From Thermodesulfobacteriota bacterium (GTDB lineage Bacteria > Desulfobacterota > Desulfobacteria > Desulfobacterales > SURF-7), in contig JBMORA010000001.1 in the NCBI GenBank assembly GCA_049320885.1, forward strand, positions 44,509 through 108,508: a stretch of 64,000 nt of DNA, read 5' to 3'. The translations under genes and the position numbers were made by a program. Shown piece after piece: positions 27,944 through 38,531 of this stretch. Position 1 is the first letter of the stretch. Each line of letters opens with the position of its first letter. The notes under the pieces are model-generated. The model was not told where the DNA came from and did no database searches. It saw only the letters and a program-made list of their open reading frames with translations.

Positions 27944-28736
27944 ACGGGACCGGCAGCCCTTATCCCCCCTGCTTCCATGGATATGCCTTCTTCTTGCAAC
28001 GGCGACGGCCGCCGGATGCGCCACCCTTGCCCGAAGAGTCGCCGCCCCGGTGGAAGCCGAAACCGGCGCCGCCGACCTGTTGCGGCAACTTACGGAGCAC
28101 AACAAGGGGCTGACAACGTTCAAAGGCATCGGCCGGATGAAATGGAATTACCAGGGATCAAGCCAGCACGCCCGTATCGCCTGGCTCGGGGAAACGCCGA
28201 AAAAACTCCGCCTGGAAATTCTGGACCTGACCGGAAGGCCGGCCCTGTCGGTGGCCTGCGACGGCGACCGATTGTATTTTTTCTCCCACCCGGACAAGCG
28301 TTTTGAAACAACGAGCGCCGACGACGCCGATGCGGATCTGGAGGCCTTGATATCCATCGCCATTCCCATCCGGGATATCATTCAGCTGCTCACCGGCCGG
28401 GCCCCGCTTCCGGAAAACCCCATGGATGCGGCCATCACGCCGGATTCAACGGATGACCCCGCTCTGATCCTGGATTCCGGCTGGTTCAATGGACACCGCA
28501 GGCTATACCTCCGCCCGGACCGGTTGTCCCTTGCCGCCTGCGACGTATTCACCCCTCTCGGCGCCCTCGCCTACCGGGTCGATTTCGAAGGCTGCCTAAC
28601 GGTCCGCGAATTCTCGGTTCCCCGCCGGATCACGATTTCCGGCGGGAACGGAGCTGTCTTCACGCTCCACATGGAACGGTACTGGGCCAACATATCTGTT
28701 CCGCCCGATGCGTTTACCCTTGACCCTCCGGAATGA
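27900..28736 (+). CDS. LolB-like/DUF4292-type lipoprotein
   Basis: Lipobox AAGC, beta-rich, KLRLEILDLTGRP, follows the TPR gene. Start uncertain. Confidence 0.6.
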   Translation: MPPNLRQRFRLCPAERDRQPLSPLLPWICLLLATATAAGCATLARRVAAPVEAETGAADLLRQLTEHNKGLTTFKGIGRMKWNYQGSSQHARIAWLGETPKKLRLEILDLTGRPALSVACDGDRLYFFSHPDKRFETTSADDADADLEALISIAIPIRDIIQLLTGRAPLPENPMDAAITPDSTDDPALILDSGWFNGHRRLYLRPDRLSLAACDVFTPLGALAYRVDFEGCLTVREFSVPRRITISGGNGAVFTLHMERYWANISVPPDAFTLDPPE

Positions 28737-28742
28737 CGGCAA

Positions 28743-29933
28743 ATGATCCCCTTTCCTTCATCAGACGAATTTTCTTTCCGGCTCGGCGAACTGAAAAAAG
28801 CGCTGGATAGCCGTGAAAACGATATTCTCAGCCCCATGGCCGCCCGGAGCAACCGGAGCAGCCGGCGCCGGACGGAGAACCGTCTTGCGTCAAGCTACCG
28901 GCAGGATTACGCCGTGGACGGCGACCGGATTCTCCATTCCCTGGCGTACACCCGCTATATCGACAAGACCCAGGTTTTTTATCTCGTGCGCAACGATCAT
29001 ATCACCCATCGTGTGCTCCATGTTCAACTGGTTTCCAAGGTGGCCCGCACCATCGGACGCTTTCTGGGTCTCAACGAGGATCTGATGGAAGCCATCGCCC
29101 TCGGTCATGACATCGGCCATCCTCCTTTCGGCCATGAGGGTGAAAATTTCCTTTCCCGGCTGTGTCTGCGGGAAGGAATCGGACACTTCCACCACAATGT
29201 GCAAAGCGTGCGCTTCATGGAAAGCGTGGAACGCAAGGGTCTCGGCTGGAATTTATGCCTCCAGACCCTGGACGGCATCCTGTGCCACGACGGCGAAACC
29301 CACAACCGCCGCCTGGAGCCCCAATGGGACAAAACGTTTGCCACCCTGGATCAGGAGATGGCAGCCAAGACAACCCAAACGGGCGTCGCTCTCCGACCCA
29401 TGACCCTGGAGGGTTGCGTGGTCCGCATGGCCGACACCATCAGCTATATCGGACGCGATATCGAAGACGCCATCCGGCTGGGACTGATCACCCGCAAGGA
29501 CCTGCCGGGGGAATCGGTTCAAATTCTGGGCGACACCAACGGCACCATTGTGTACCAGCTGGTGACCGACGTGATCGCCAACAGTGTCGAGCAGCCCTAC
29601 CTGGCATTCAGTCCTGAAGTCTCCCATGCGCTGAAAACGTTAAAAAAATTCAACTACGATCGAATTTACCTGAATCCCAAAATCAAGCGGGCATCCGACA
29701 CCATCGGCCGATTGTATGAATACCTTTTCGATTCCTATCTTGAAGACATCCGGAAGGAGAATCTCTCCTCGGTGATCTACACTCATTTTCTGGAAAGCAT
29801 GTCCTCGGCCTATCTGGAAAACCGTCTTCCCGCCGAAATTGTTCGCGACTTCATCGCTGGAATGACCGACGGGTATTTCCTGGCCCAGTGTCCGGAATCC
29901 ATGCGGCCCACCATTCTGGAAAACTGTTACTAA
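28743..29933 (+). CDS. HD-domain deoxyguanosinetriphosphate triphosphohydrolase-like protein
   Basis: DKTQVF, HDIGHPPFGHEGE, ADTISY, DFIAGMTD. Confidence 0.9.
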   Translation: MIPFPSSDEFSFRLGELKKALDSRENDILSPMAARSNRSSRRRTENRLASSYRQDYAVDGDRILHSLAYTRYIDKTQVFYLVRNDHITHRVLHVQLVSKVARTIGRFLGLNEDLMEAIALGHDIGHPPFGHEGENFLSRLCLREGIGHFHHNVQSVRFMESVERKGLGWNLCLQTLDGILCHDGETHNRRLEPQWDKTFATLDQEMAAKTTQTGVALRPMTLEGCVVRMADTISYIGRDIEDAIRLGLITRKDLPGESVQILGDTNGTIVYQLVTDVIANSVEQPYLAFSPEVSHALKTLKKFNYDRIYLNPKIKRASDTIGRLYEYLFDSYLEDIRKENLSSVIYTHFLESMSSAYLENRLPAEIVRDFIAGMTDGYFLAQCPESMRPTILENCY

Positions 29934-29939
29934 ACCGGC

Positions 29940-30704
29940 ATGCCGATATCACCCCCCATCCCCATGGCCGCCGCCGGCATGAAACATCGGGAGCGGACCT
30001 ACCGCGATACCATGCGGCATCCGCATCTGGTCGGATTTCAGGTGACCGTCAAGGAAACGGACCTCCACATTCAGGCCGAAAGGCAGCTTACCGATATCAC
30101 CCGCGAACTGGTCATGGAATATCGGGGCTACATCGAGGCGTATATTCAACAACACCCGGATTTCGTCCGGGCCATGACCCCCTGGCTTCATCCTTCCCCT
30201 GCTCCGCGGATCATTCAGGCAATGGCAACCGCCGCCGGAAAGGCCGGAGTCGGCCCCATGGCCGCCGTGGCCGGCGCCATTGCCGAAAGCGTGGGCGCCG
30301 ACCTGCTGGCGCATTCATCGGAAATAATCGTCGAAAACGGCGGAGATATCTTCATCAGGCTCAACAGCCCGGCCCTTATCGGTATTTATGCCGGCTCATC
30401 GCCGCTGAGCATGAAAATCGGCATCCGTCTCGCGGCGCGCCCGGATCCGGTTGGCATCTGCACTTCCTCGGGAACGGTGGGGCATTCCATCAGCTTCGGC
30501 TCCGCCGACGCGGTTTGCGTGATTTCGCCGTCCTGCGCGCTTGCCGATGCTGCGGCCACGGCTGTCGGCAACCGCGTGTGCAAGCCCTCCGACATCGGGC
30601 CGGCGATCCAGTGGGGACAACGGATTCAAGGCGTGGACGGTATCGTCATCATCAAAAAAGATAAGATCGGCGCCTGGGGGGAAATCGAAGTGGTGCCTCT
30701 TTGA
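29940..30704 (+). CDS. UPF0280 / ApbE-like family protein
   Basis: VKETDL, GPMAAVAGAIAE, VENGGDI, CTSSGTVGHSISFG, ADAAATA. Confidence 0.88.
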   Translation: MPISPPIPMAAAGMKHRERTYRDTMRHPHLVGFQVTVKETDLHIQAERQLTDITRELVMEYRGYIEAYIQQHPDFVRAMTPWLHPSPAPRIIQAMATAAGKAGVGPMAAVAGAIAESVGADLLAHSSEIIVENGGDIFIRLNSPALIGIYAGSSPLSMKIGIRLAARPDPVGICTSSGTVGHSISFGSADAVCVISPSCALADAAATAVGNRVCKPSDIGPAIQWGQRIQGVDGIVIIKKDKIGAWGEIEVVPL

Positions 30705-30817
30705 AACCCGCGGAGTCGCATGCCCGAGCGTTTGAAATTGATTTTCCTGACCGGAATCAGTATGCTGAATCCAGTTGTGAATCCGGATGAATACCGAGAC
30801 CCGAAAGGAGGAACCCG

Positions 30818-31159
30818 ATGAAAGCCGTCAAAATAACCCTGCTGGCGATCCTGTTGCTGTTTCTATTGGTAGCGGCCTATCAGAATCGTGAATTCCTGCT
30901 GGAAACCGAAAACCTGACCATTGAACTGTTCGCCTTTCGATACGAATCGCCGAAACTGCCCATCGGGATGATGTTCTCCGTCTGTTTCCTGGCGGGGATG
31001 CTGCTCGCTTATTTTTTCACCCTGCTGTCGCAATATCAGGCCAGCTGCGCCATCAAATCCCTGGATCGCATCCGGAACGAGCAGACGAAAACCATCGCCA
31101 ACCTCGAATCCCGTCTGGCCGCTTTGCAGACCGACCCGCCGGCGGTAAAAGACCGGTGA
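30818..31159 (+). CDS. LapA-family small membrane protein
   Basis: Two TM helices with YQN motif, C-terminal coiled coil; AGGAGG SD. Confidence 0.7.
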   Translation: MKAVKITLLAILLLFLLVAAYQNREFLLETENLTIELFAFRYESPKLPIGMMFSVCFLAGMLLAYFFTLLSQYQASCAIKSLDRIRNEQTKTIANLESRLAALQTDPPAVKDR

Positions 31160-31229
31160 AAACCGGCAAGTCGGGAAATCCGCCGCCTTCCAGGGCGCTC
31201 TCTTGTGCTCGGCCCGCGGCGCGTCCGAT

Positions 31230-31643
31230 CTACGGTTGCCCCTTGGACGCCGCCGTCGTTTCGTTCTGCTGCAGATACAGTTTCGCCCGCTTGTCGATGT
31301 TGACGAGCTGACGGATATAATCATCCGGGTATTCCCTGGCCGCGTTTCTTTTGATCATGATCATTTCCTGGGAGGGAATCTTTTCGTTCGCGAACTCGAT
31401 GACCTTGAAATAGGCCCTGGTCTGGGTGTCGATGGTGTTCTGACGTAATAAATCGTTGCCCGGATAGCGTTTCTCGGCATTGGCCTTGATCTTCGAGAAC
31501 ACATCCTCCGGCAGTTTCTGGGTGGGTAGCTTATAATGCGTTCCGGCTTTGACATATTCGGCCGCGGCTGTCGAAACATAGGCCGATACGGATAGAAGCA
31601 CCGCGACAAGCAGGGCCCATTTTTTTTTCTGAAACCGGTTCAT
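31230..31643 (-). CDS. Secreted hypothetical protein
   Basis: Signal peptide (AAA|E), internal repeat IKxNAxxxYPxx; AAGGAG SD. Confidence 0.7.
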   Translation of the reverse strand: MNRFQKKKWALLVAVLLSVSAYVSTAAAEYVKAGTHYKLPTQKLPEDVFSKIKANAEKRYPGNDLLRQNTIDTQTRAYFKVIEFANEKIPSQEMIMIKRNAAREYPDDYIRQLVNIDKRAKLYLQQNETTAASKGQP

Positions 31644-31929
31644 CTTTTTTTCTCCTTATTGGTTGTACCTGCCTGTTATGATGAGGGGGGAATCCCTTAT
31701 CAGACGTCCTGCGACACAATTTTCCATTCCATAGCACAGAAACCGGTCCATACTCAAGGTGGTTGCCGATTTCCTTCCGGAAGGCCGCAAAACGCGGCCA
31801 GGGGGGCCGCCATATCCGGTATACCGTATCAGGTGTTGACAGATTATCGGGACATTGTATATTGTTTTACAATCGTTATGGGTATACCATATATGCCGGT
31901 ACCAGGGTTCCAGGGCTGAAGAAGTTTAC

Positions 31930-34596
31930 ATGACGGAGATATCGAACGCTAAAATGACCCCCATGGTCCGCCAATACCTTGCCATCAAGGAACAGTATGC
32001 GGACGCCATCCTCTTTTATCGCATGGGGGATTTTTATGAAATGTTTTTTGAAGATGCGGCCGTCGCCTCCGGCATTCTGGAAATCGCCCTCACTTCCCGG
32101 AATAAAAATGATGATGAAGCCATACCCATGTGCGGCATCCCCGTGCGGGCGGCGAACGCCTATATCGGCCGGCTGATTGAACAGGGTCACAAGGTGGCCG
32201 TCTGCGAACAGACCGAAGATCCGAAAACGGCCAAGGGGCTGGTAAGACGCGAGGTGGTGCGGGTCATTACACCGGGAATGATCATCGACAACGAATTCCT
32301 GGACGAGAAAACCAACAACTATATTCTGGCCGTCCACCGGGTGCGGCAAGCCGTCGGGCTTGCCTTCCTGGATGTTTCCACCGGTACCTTCCGGGTGGCG
32401 GAATCGGACAACATGGATGCCATCGTGGAAGAGGCCCTGCGGATCAATCCCAGGGAAATCCTCCTGCCGCAATCCTTTCGCGATGATGCCGAAGCAATGG
32501 CTCTGATGGGCGCCTTCCCGGATCATTTCAAGTCCTTCCCGGATGAAAAAAACTTTGCCCCGCACGCGGCCAAAAGGCTCCTGATGGATCAATTCAACAC
32601 CCGCAGCCTCGAGGGGTTCGGGTGTGAGAACGCCCTGGCCGCCATCGGGGCGGCCGGCGCCCTGCTGGCCTACGTGCAGGAAACCCAGAAGCAGAAAACC
32701 GGTCATATCCTCGGGCTTGAGACCTATTCCCTGGATCAGTATCTGCTCATCGACGAAACCAGCTGCCGCAATCTGGAATTGATGGGCAGCCTGCGCTCCG
32801 GTTCCCGCCGCGGGACCCTGCTGGAGATCCTGGATCAGACCCTCACCGCCATGGGAGGACGCCTGTTCAAGCAATGGCTGCGGTATCCCCTGCTGGATCC
32901 GGCGGCCATCCGCCTGCGTCTGTCGGCGGTGGCGGAAATCAAACAGCATGCCGATCTGCGCCATGGGTTGCGGGAACAGCTCCGCCAGGTCTTCGACCTG
33001 GAAAGACTCACCGGCAAAATCACCCTGGGACGCGCCAACGCCAGGGATCTGACGGCCCTGAAAACGTCCCTCTGGAAAATACCCGATATCCTGGCCAGCC
33101 TGGCAACCCTGTCGTCGGAACTGTTTGTCCTTTCCCTGCCGGCGGATCAACCGGATCCGCGCCATCTGCAGGAGCTGGCCGGGCTTATCGACGCCGCCAT
33201 CCGGGAAGACGCCCCCCCCACGATCCATGAAGGCGGCATCATCAAAACCGGTTACCATCCGGAGCTGGACGAACTCATCCAGATCAGCACCGACGGCAAA
33301 AGCTGGCTCGCCAGGCTGGAAGCCGATGAAAAACGAAAAACCGGCATCGGCTCCCTCAAGGTGAAATACAACAAAGTCTTCGGTTATTATATCGAGGTCC
33401 CCAGAAGCCAGACGGAATCGGTTCCAGCCCATTACGTGCGCAAACAGACCATCGCGAACGCCGAACGCTATGTCACGGAAGAACTGAAAACATTCGAAAC
33501 CAATGTTCTTGGGGCCCAGGAACGGATGGCGGCCCTGGAATACCGCCTGTTCAACGAAATCCGCGAGCGGGTGGTGGAAAACAACCACTGTATCCTGAAA
33601 GTGGCGGCTTTCACGGCACAGCTGGACTGCCTGGCGAGCCTGGCGGAAATCGCGGATCAGAACGGTTATGTTCAGCCGGACATCAACCACGCCGGCGTCA
33701 TCGACATCACCGACGGTCGCCACCCGGTGGTGGAAAAACTGATTTCCGGCGAACGCTATATTCCCAATTCCATCCGCCTGGACAACGATGAAAACCAGAT
33801 TCTGGTGATTACCGGCCCGAACATGGCCGGAAAATCCACTGTTCTGCGCCAGACCGCCCTGATCGTGATCATGGCCCAAATGGGTGGTTTCGTCCCTGCC
33901 GCCAAGGCCTCCGTCTGCATTACGGACCGGATCTTCACCCGGGTGGGCGCCCTGGACAACCTGTCTTCGGGTCAAAGCACTTTCATGGTGGAGATGGAGG
34001 AGACGGCCAATATCATGAACAACGCCGGGGCCGACAGCCTGGTGATCATGGATGAAATCGGCCGGGGCACCAGTACCTTCGACGGGTTGAGCATCGCCTG
34101 GGCCGTGGCCGAATACCTGCATGATCTGAAAGGCTGCGGCGTGAAAACCCTTTTTGCCACCCACTATCACGAGCTGACCGAACTGGCCCGTGCGAAACCA
34201 AGGGTCAAGAACTGCCATATCGCCGTCAGGGAATGGAACGACGAAATCATTTTTCTCCGGAAACTGACGCCGGGAAGCACCAACCGGAGCTATGGCATTC
34301 AAGTGGCACGGCTGGCCGGACTCCCGGAATCCATTATCAAAAAGGCGAAAAAAGTGCTGGCGCGGATTGAAAACGGGGACTCGGTCCTGTCCCTCGCCGG
34401 GGATGGTTCCGGCGACGGGGATCGAGCCGGAAAAAATAAACATTCCAAAAAGCAGGTTCAGCTTCAGCTTTTTCGAAAACCGGAGGAAATCATCGTTGAC
34501 ATTTTAAAGCAGCTGAATATCTCCGCCATGACGCCCATCGAAGCGATCAACCAGCTGAACGAACTGAAGCAGAAAGCGAATTCGGTTTTGAATTAG
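31930..34596 (+). CDS. mutS: DNA mismatch repair protein MutS
   Basis: TPMVRQY, RMGDFYEMF, TGPNMAGKST, STFMVEM, DEIGRGTST, FATHYHEL, SYGIQVA. Confidence 0.97.
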   Translation: MTEISNAKMTPMVRQYLAIKEQYADAILFYRMGDFYEMFFEDAAVASGILEIALTSRNKNDDEAIPMCGIPVRAANAYIGRLIEQGHKVAVCEQTEDPKTAKGLVRREVVRVITPGMIIDNEFLDEKTNNYILAVHRVRQAVGLAFLDVSTGTFRVAESDNMDAIVEEALRINPREILLPQSFRDDAEAMALMGAFPDHFKSFPDEKNFAPHAAKRLLMDQFNTRSLEGFGCENALAAIGAAGALLAYVQETQKQKTGHILGLETYSLDQYLLIDETSCRNLELMGSLRSGSRRGTLLEILDQTLTAMGGRLFKQWLRYPLLDPAAIRLRLSAVAEIKQHADLRHGLREQLRQVFDLERLTGKITLGRANARDLTALKTSLWKIPDILASLATLSSELFVLSLPADQPDPRHLQELAGLIDAAIREDAPPTIHEGGIIKTGYHPELDELIQISTDGKSWLARLEADEKRKTGIGSLKVKYNKVFGYYIEVPRSQTESVPAHYVRKQTIANAERYVTEELKTFETNVLGAQERMAALEYRLFNEIRERVVENNHCILKVAAFTAQLDCLASLAEIADQNGYVQPDINHAGVIDITDGRHPVVEKLISGERYIPNSIRLDNDENQILVITGPNMAGKSTVLRQTALIVIMAQMGGFVPAAKASVCITDRIFTRVGALDNLSSGQSTFMVEMEETANIMNNAGADSLVIMDEIGRGTSTFDGLSIAWAVAEYLHDLKGCGVKTLFATHYHELTELARAKPRVKNCHIAVREWNDEIIFLRKLTPGSTNRSYGIQVARLAGLPESIIKKAKKVLARIENGDSVLSLAGDGSGDGDRAGKNKHSKKQVQLQLFRKPEEIIVDILKQLNISAMTPIEAINQLNELKQKANSVLN

Positions 34597-34601
34597 GGAT
34601 A

Positions 34602-36326
34602 ATGAATACATCTACTCGAAATACCCTCATCACGGCTCTAATGCTGATTCTCTTTTTGCCGGTCATGCCGGCGGACGCGGGAGAAGCCGGCAAGGCGGAG
34701 TATCTCCGGGCCGAAAAATCCGCCAACCGTCTGTTGAGTGACGTCCGCAAACAGCAATACCGGCACAACTGGCTGGAATGCATCGACCAATACAGAAAAG
34801 TGGTCGCAAAAGCCCCGGAAGGTCCCTGGGCCGCGGCCGGGATGTATCAGGTCGGCATGTTGTACCACGGCCTGTACCGGCGCTCCTACCTGAAAGCCGA
34901 CCTGGAGGCGGCCGTCGACGCTTATGAAAAACTGATCCAGAGATATCCTGGCAGCAAATATCGCCGGCAGGCCCTGACGGAAATGCAGAAAATCGGCGCC
35001 CCGGTCCCCCGCGCCGCCGTCGCCCGGCCACCCTATCACAAGAAACGCGCCCTGACGAAAAAGAAACCGCCGGCCGCCGCGCTGCCCGTAAACGCTCCCG
35101 GTCCAGCCACCGCCGACCCGGCGCCCGGCAATCCTCCGCCCGAACCTGCTCCACCTCTCCCCGCAGCGGACAACCTGGTTACGGATCTCCGGTTCTGGTC
35201 AAACCCCAACTATACACGGGTTGTCGTCAGCACGGATCATGAAGTGCCCTATTCCCATCATCTGCTGAAAAAAGACCCGGCCCTGAACAAGCCCGAGCGT
35301 CTGTTCATCGATCTGAACCAAAGCAAGCTTTCCAAGGATCTGCGTCAGCTAGTGCCCATCGACGACAACCTTCTCGAGAACATCCGGGCCGGGCAATACA
35401 CCCTGGATACGGTCAGGGTCGTCATCGACATCAAGTCCTTCGATAATTACAAGGTGTTTTCCCTGAACAACCCGTTTCGCATCGTCATCGATGTCTGGGG
35501 CAAAGGCCATGCGCAGATGACGAGCGCACCTCCGCCGCCGCCGCCTTCCGCCGTTAAAACCGACAAGGGGAGGCCGGTCAGCGCCATCGCCCGGCAGCTG
35601 GCCCTGGGGGTACGACGGATCGTCATCGATCCGGGACACGGCGGAAAGGATTTCGGCGCACCCGGTTACCTCAAAGGCGTGCATGAAAAAGAAATCGTGC
35701 TGCAGATCGCCAAAAAACTGGCCGCCCGAATCAGGACCGAATTGAATTGCGAAGTCATTCTCACCCGCAGCAGCGACGTCTTTCTGACGTTGGAAGAACG
35801 CACGGCCCTGGCCAACACGCAAAACGCCGATCTCTTTATTTCCATGCACACCAATGCGTCGCGGGACAAACGCGCCTACGGAATCGAAACCTATTTCCTG
35901 AACCTTGCCACCGATGAAGACGCCATCCGCGTGGCGGCGGCGGAAAACGCCACCTCCACCAAAAATATCAGCGATCTGCAGTCCATCCTCCAGGATCTGA
36001 TGCAGAACGCCAAAATCAACGAATCCACGCGCCTGGCCTCCCGGGTCCAGGAATCCATGTGTGCGGGTCTGCGAAACAACTATCAGCAGATCAAGAACAA
36101 AGGGGTCAAGCAGGCGCCTTTTTATGTCCTTCTGGGCGCCCAGATGCCGGCCATCCTGGTCGAAACCGGTTTCATCAGCCACCCGCGGGAATGCCGCTGG
36201 CTGATCGACCCCAGATACCAGGACCGGTTGTGTGATGCCATCGTCGCCGGCATCCGTCATTACATGCGGGAAACCAATCCCACCGCCTTCATGGAACGCC
36301 GGCCGGCCGGCCGGTCCAAGGGATGA
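34602..36326 (+). CDS. N-acetylmuramoyl-L-alanine amidase (TPR-like, AMIN, Amidase_3)
   Basis: Signal peptide, Pro-rich linkers, IVIDPGHGGKDFGA, LFISMHTNA, PAILVETGFIS. Confidence 0.92.
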   Translation: MNTSTRNTLITALMLILFLPVMPADAGEAGKAEYLRAEKSANRLLSDVRKQQYRHNWLECIDQYRKVVAKAPEGPWAAAGMYQVGMLYHGLYRRSYLKADLEAAVDAYEKLIQRYPGSKYRRQALTEMQKIGAPVPRAAVARPPYHKKRALTKKKPPAAALPVNAPGPATADPAPGNPPPEPAPPLPAADNLVTDLRFWSNPNYTRVVVSTDHEVPYSHHLLKKDPALNKPERLFIDLNQSKLSKDLRQLVPIDDNLLENIRAGQYTLDTVRVVIDIKSFDNYKVFSLNNPFRIVIDVWGKGHAQMTSAPPPPPPSAVKTDKGRPVSAIARQLALGVRRIVIDPGHGGKDFGAPGYLKGVHEKEIVLQIAKKLAARIRTELNCEVILTRSSDVFLTLEERTALANTQNADLFISMHTNASRDKRAYGIETYFLNLATDEDAIRVAAAENATSTKNISDLQSILQDLMQNAKINESTRLASRVQESMCAGLRNNYQQIKNKGVKQAPFYVLLGAQMPAILVETGFISHPRECRWLIDPRYQDRLCDAIVAGIRHYMRETNPTAFMERRPAGRSKG

Positions 36327-36400
36327 TTCCAATATGGAAGGCCATGAGCCTCCCCGGGCCGCCGGCGTGAGTAGGCGGATTGCCGCGGTCCTGGATGGCG

Positions 36401-38314
36401 CTACGGCTCCTTGAGGTTCTCCATCAGTATCCGCCGGACTTCCTCTATGGTTTGCGGCTCGTCCTGGGCGGAATGACCGGAATGAACCACGAGTTCCGAA
36501 GTCGCGCCCTCAATATGGGCGCTCCGGTAGGTCACCACGCCGTCATCCCACTCTTCCCTCGTTTCCCCGGGATTGTCCACGGCGATGATGGAATGGGTTC
36601 CGACTCCCGGCGCGATGGGCAGGGTTGAAAACGTCCGGATAAATTCGCTGTCCGGGGCCATATTGTCCGTGCTGCGGGGAACCCCCTCCTCCAGAGATCG
36701 CCGGGCGATGGCCTCGGGGCTGTGCCGGAAAATTTCCTCCAGCGGATCAAGCAGTTCAAACGGCAGCGAAATCATTTTCTGGAACAGATACCGGACCTGC
36801 CCGCCCACCAGAAAACTGCCCCGGTGAGGGGTCGCGATGAAGACGACCCGCCTCACAAACGGAAGGGGCCGATAGAAAAGGCTGCGCTGCAGCAGCGCCC
36901 GTGTCCGGGGCGAAACCGAAAGACGATCCATGGGAACCGCGAACGTGTTATCCCAGAAGCGTTCGCCACTGTCGGTGACGGTGAGTCTTGCCAGCAGCCC
37001 CCCCTGGCTGTGGCCGATGACGACCATTTTTTTCAGCGCTTCGTCCCGGCCTTCCGGATCCAATTCCCGGACCACGTTTCGCAGGCCCTGAACGAGGATG
37101 CCACCGGAATACAGGATCGGATTCCCGGTATTATAGGTGAAGAGCCAGACCTGATAGCGGCGGCCCAATTCCCGGTCATTCAGGATTTCGTTCAGCATCT
37201 GGGCCCAGCGCGCCGGGCTGGATGCCGTTCCGTGAACGAAAACCACGGGAATCCGGCCGCGGCGGTACGGTGCCAGGAGAAACACATTGTCCCTGAAGCG
37301 GGCCGTTTTTTTGATGAGCTGCAAATCCCCGGAAAGCAATCCTTTCAGCTCCAGGTCATATACCTGGGACCCTTCCAGGGTATATGCCAGGGCGGCGGTG
37401 GTTCTGTATTCCAGAGGGGCGTCACGACCGTTGACCTGGATCGACATTTCCTCCTGACCCGTATACAGCGTCAGCCGGCCCTCCAGTCGTCCGCTCCGGA
37501 GTCCTTCCGTGACGTCATCCAGCTGAAGAAAAGCGGTGGCAGCCACTTTCAGGATCGACGGCACTCGGGCGAAATCCCGATGCTGTTGCCCCGGCCGGGG
37601 TTTCAGGGTGGCGACCAGCGCCGTCCCGATTCCGGGCCAGCGGTAATCATTCCGCAGGCCGCGGACCTCGAGTTCCGCGGCATCGATGAAATTTTCCAGG
37701 CGGAAAGGGCCCCAGAAACATGTTTCCGGTTCCATGCGCACCACCAGTTCGCCGAACGGCAGCCGGTATGTCCCCCCCTTCAGCATCACCCCGCGGCCGG
37801 ATTCCGTCGCCGCAAATCCCCGGGCGATCCCCTGGTTATACAAATCCACGGCGGTTCGCAGCCGGGGGTCCAGTTCTCCAGGGGAATCATCGGGGTTCCG
37901 CGGGAAAATGAAGGCATAGGCATATACCACTGCGGCCAGAAAATACGAACGGTCGTCGTTCCTGGCGGCATGGAGAAAACAAAGCTCCGCCAAGGCGAAG
38001 AGGCGGTCCGCCTCCCTCGCGGTGGGCATCCCCCGATGCAGGGATGCAATCACTTCCTCCGGATCGTCCAGAAATCGTTCCGCCAGGCCGGATCGATTGA
38101 GAATCTGCATGGTGGGCGCGCTCAGGTCGTCGCCGGACAGAACGCTCCGGGTGAGACCCTGCCGGGCATCCCGGGGGTCCATGAAGCGGACCCCCACCGG
38201 CGTGGCGCAGCCATGCAGGCATGCCAGCACCGCGACGAAAAGCCCGAAGGCTGCCATCGCCGCCCGGCCGGCCCCCATCCGCGATTGTGTATATTGGAAT
38301 TCCATGCGCAACAT
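36401..38314 (-). CDS. Alpha/beta hydrolase lipoprotein
   Basis: Lipobox LHGC, PVVFVHG, GHSQGG, ATPHRGS, DGVV. Confidence 0.85.
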   Translation of the reverse strand: MLRMEFQYTQSRMGAGRAAMAAFGLFVAVLACLHGCATPVGVRFMDPRDARQGLTRSVLSGDDLSAPTMQILNRSGLAERFLDDPEEVIASLHRGMPTAREADRLFALAELCFLHAARNDDRSYFLAAVVYAYAFIFPRNPDDSPGELDPRLRTAVDLYNQGIARGFAATESGRGVMLKGGTYRLPFGELVVRMEPETCFWGPFRLENFIDAAELEVRGLRNDYRWPGIGTALVATLKPRPGQQHRDFARVPSILKVAATAFLQLDDVTEGLRSGRLEGRLTLYTGQEEMSIQVNGRDAPLEYRTTAALAYTLEGSQVYDLELKGLLSGDLQLIKKTARFRDNVFLLAPYRRGRIPVVFVHGTASSPARWAQMLNEILNDRELGRRYQVWLFTYNTGNPILYSGGILVQGLRNVVRELDPEGRDEALKKMVVIGHSQGGLLARLTVTDSGERFWDNTFAVPMDRLSVSPRTRALLQRSLFYRPLPFVRRVVFIATPHRGSFLVGGQVRYLFQKMISLPFELLDPLEEIFRHSPEAIARRSLEEGVPRSTDNMAPDSEFIRTFSTLPIAPGVGTHSIIAVDNPGETREEWDDGVVTYRSAHIEGATSELVVHSGHSAQDEPQTIEEVRRILMENLKEP

Positions 38315-38531
38315 GCCGATGCGTTATCACACTTTTCGTCTGCTGTCCAAGTCCGGTGACGCGCGCGGGGATGACGGCAACGGTTCCGGAAGGCGCCTGG
38401 GAGGCAATCAGGCGCGGATAAAAAACCGCCGACCCGCTTTCCGTGTTTTTTAGGTTTGACAAAGCGGCCCACTTGTTTTAATCCACCTGATATTCTGAAA
38501 TCCATGGCACTTAACGATTATGGAGGCCCGC

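Noticed and set aside
28743-29933. dGTPase as an anti-phage defence gene
   Set aside because: It sits in a housekeeping context with normal composition and no defence-island neighbours.
31876-34443. Long antisense ORFs (855 aa opposite mutS; also 42536-44920, 10258-11775, 15897-17834, 47076-48662, 49177-51093)
   Set aside because: Shadow frames expected from high-GC codon bias opposite well-supported genes; no recognisable motifs.
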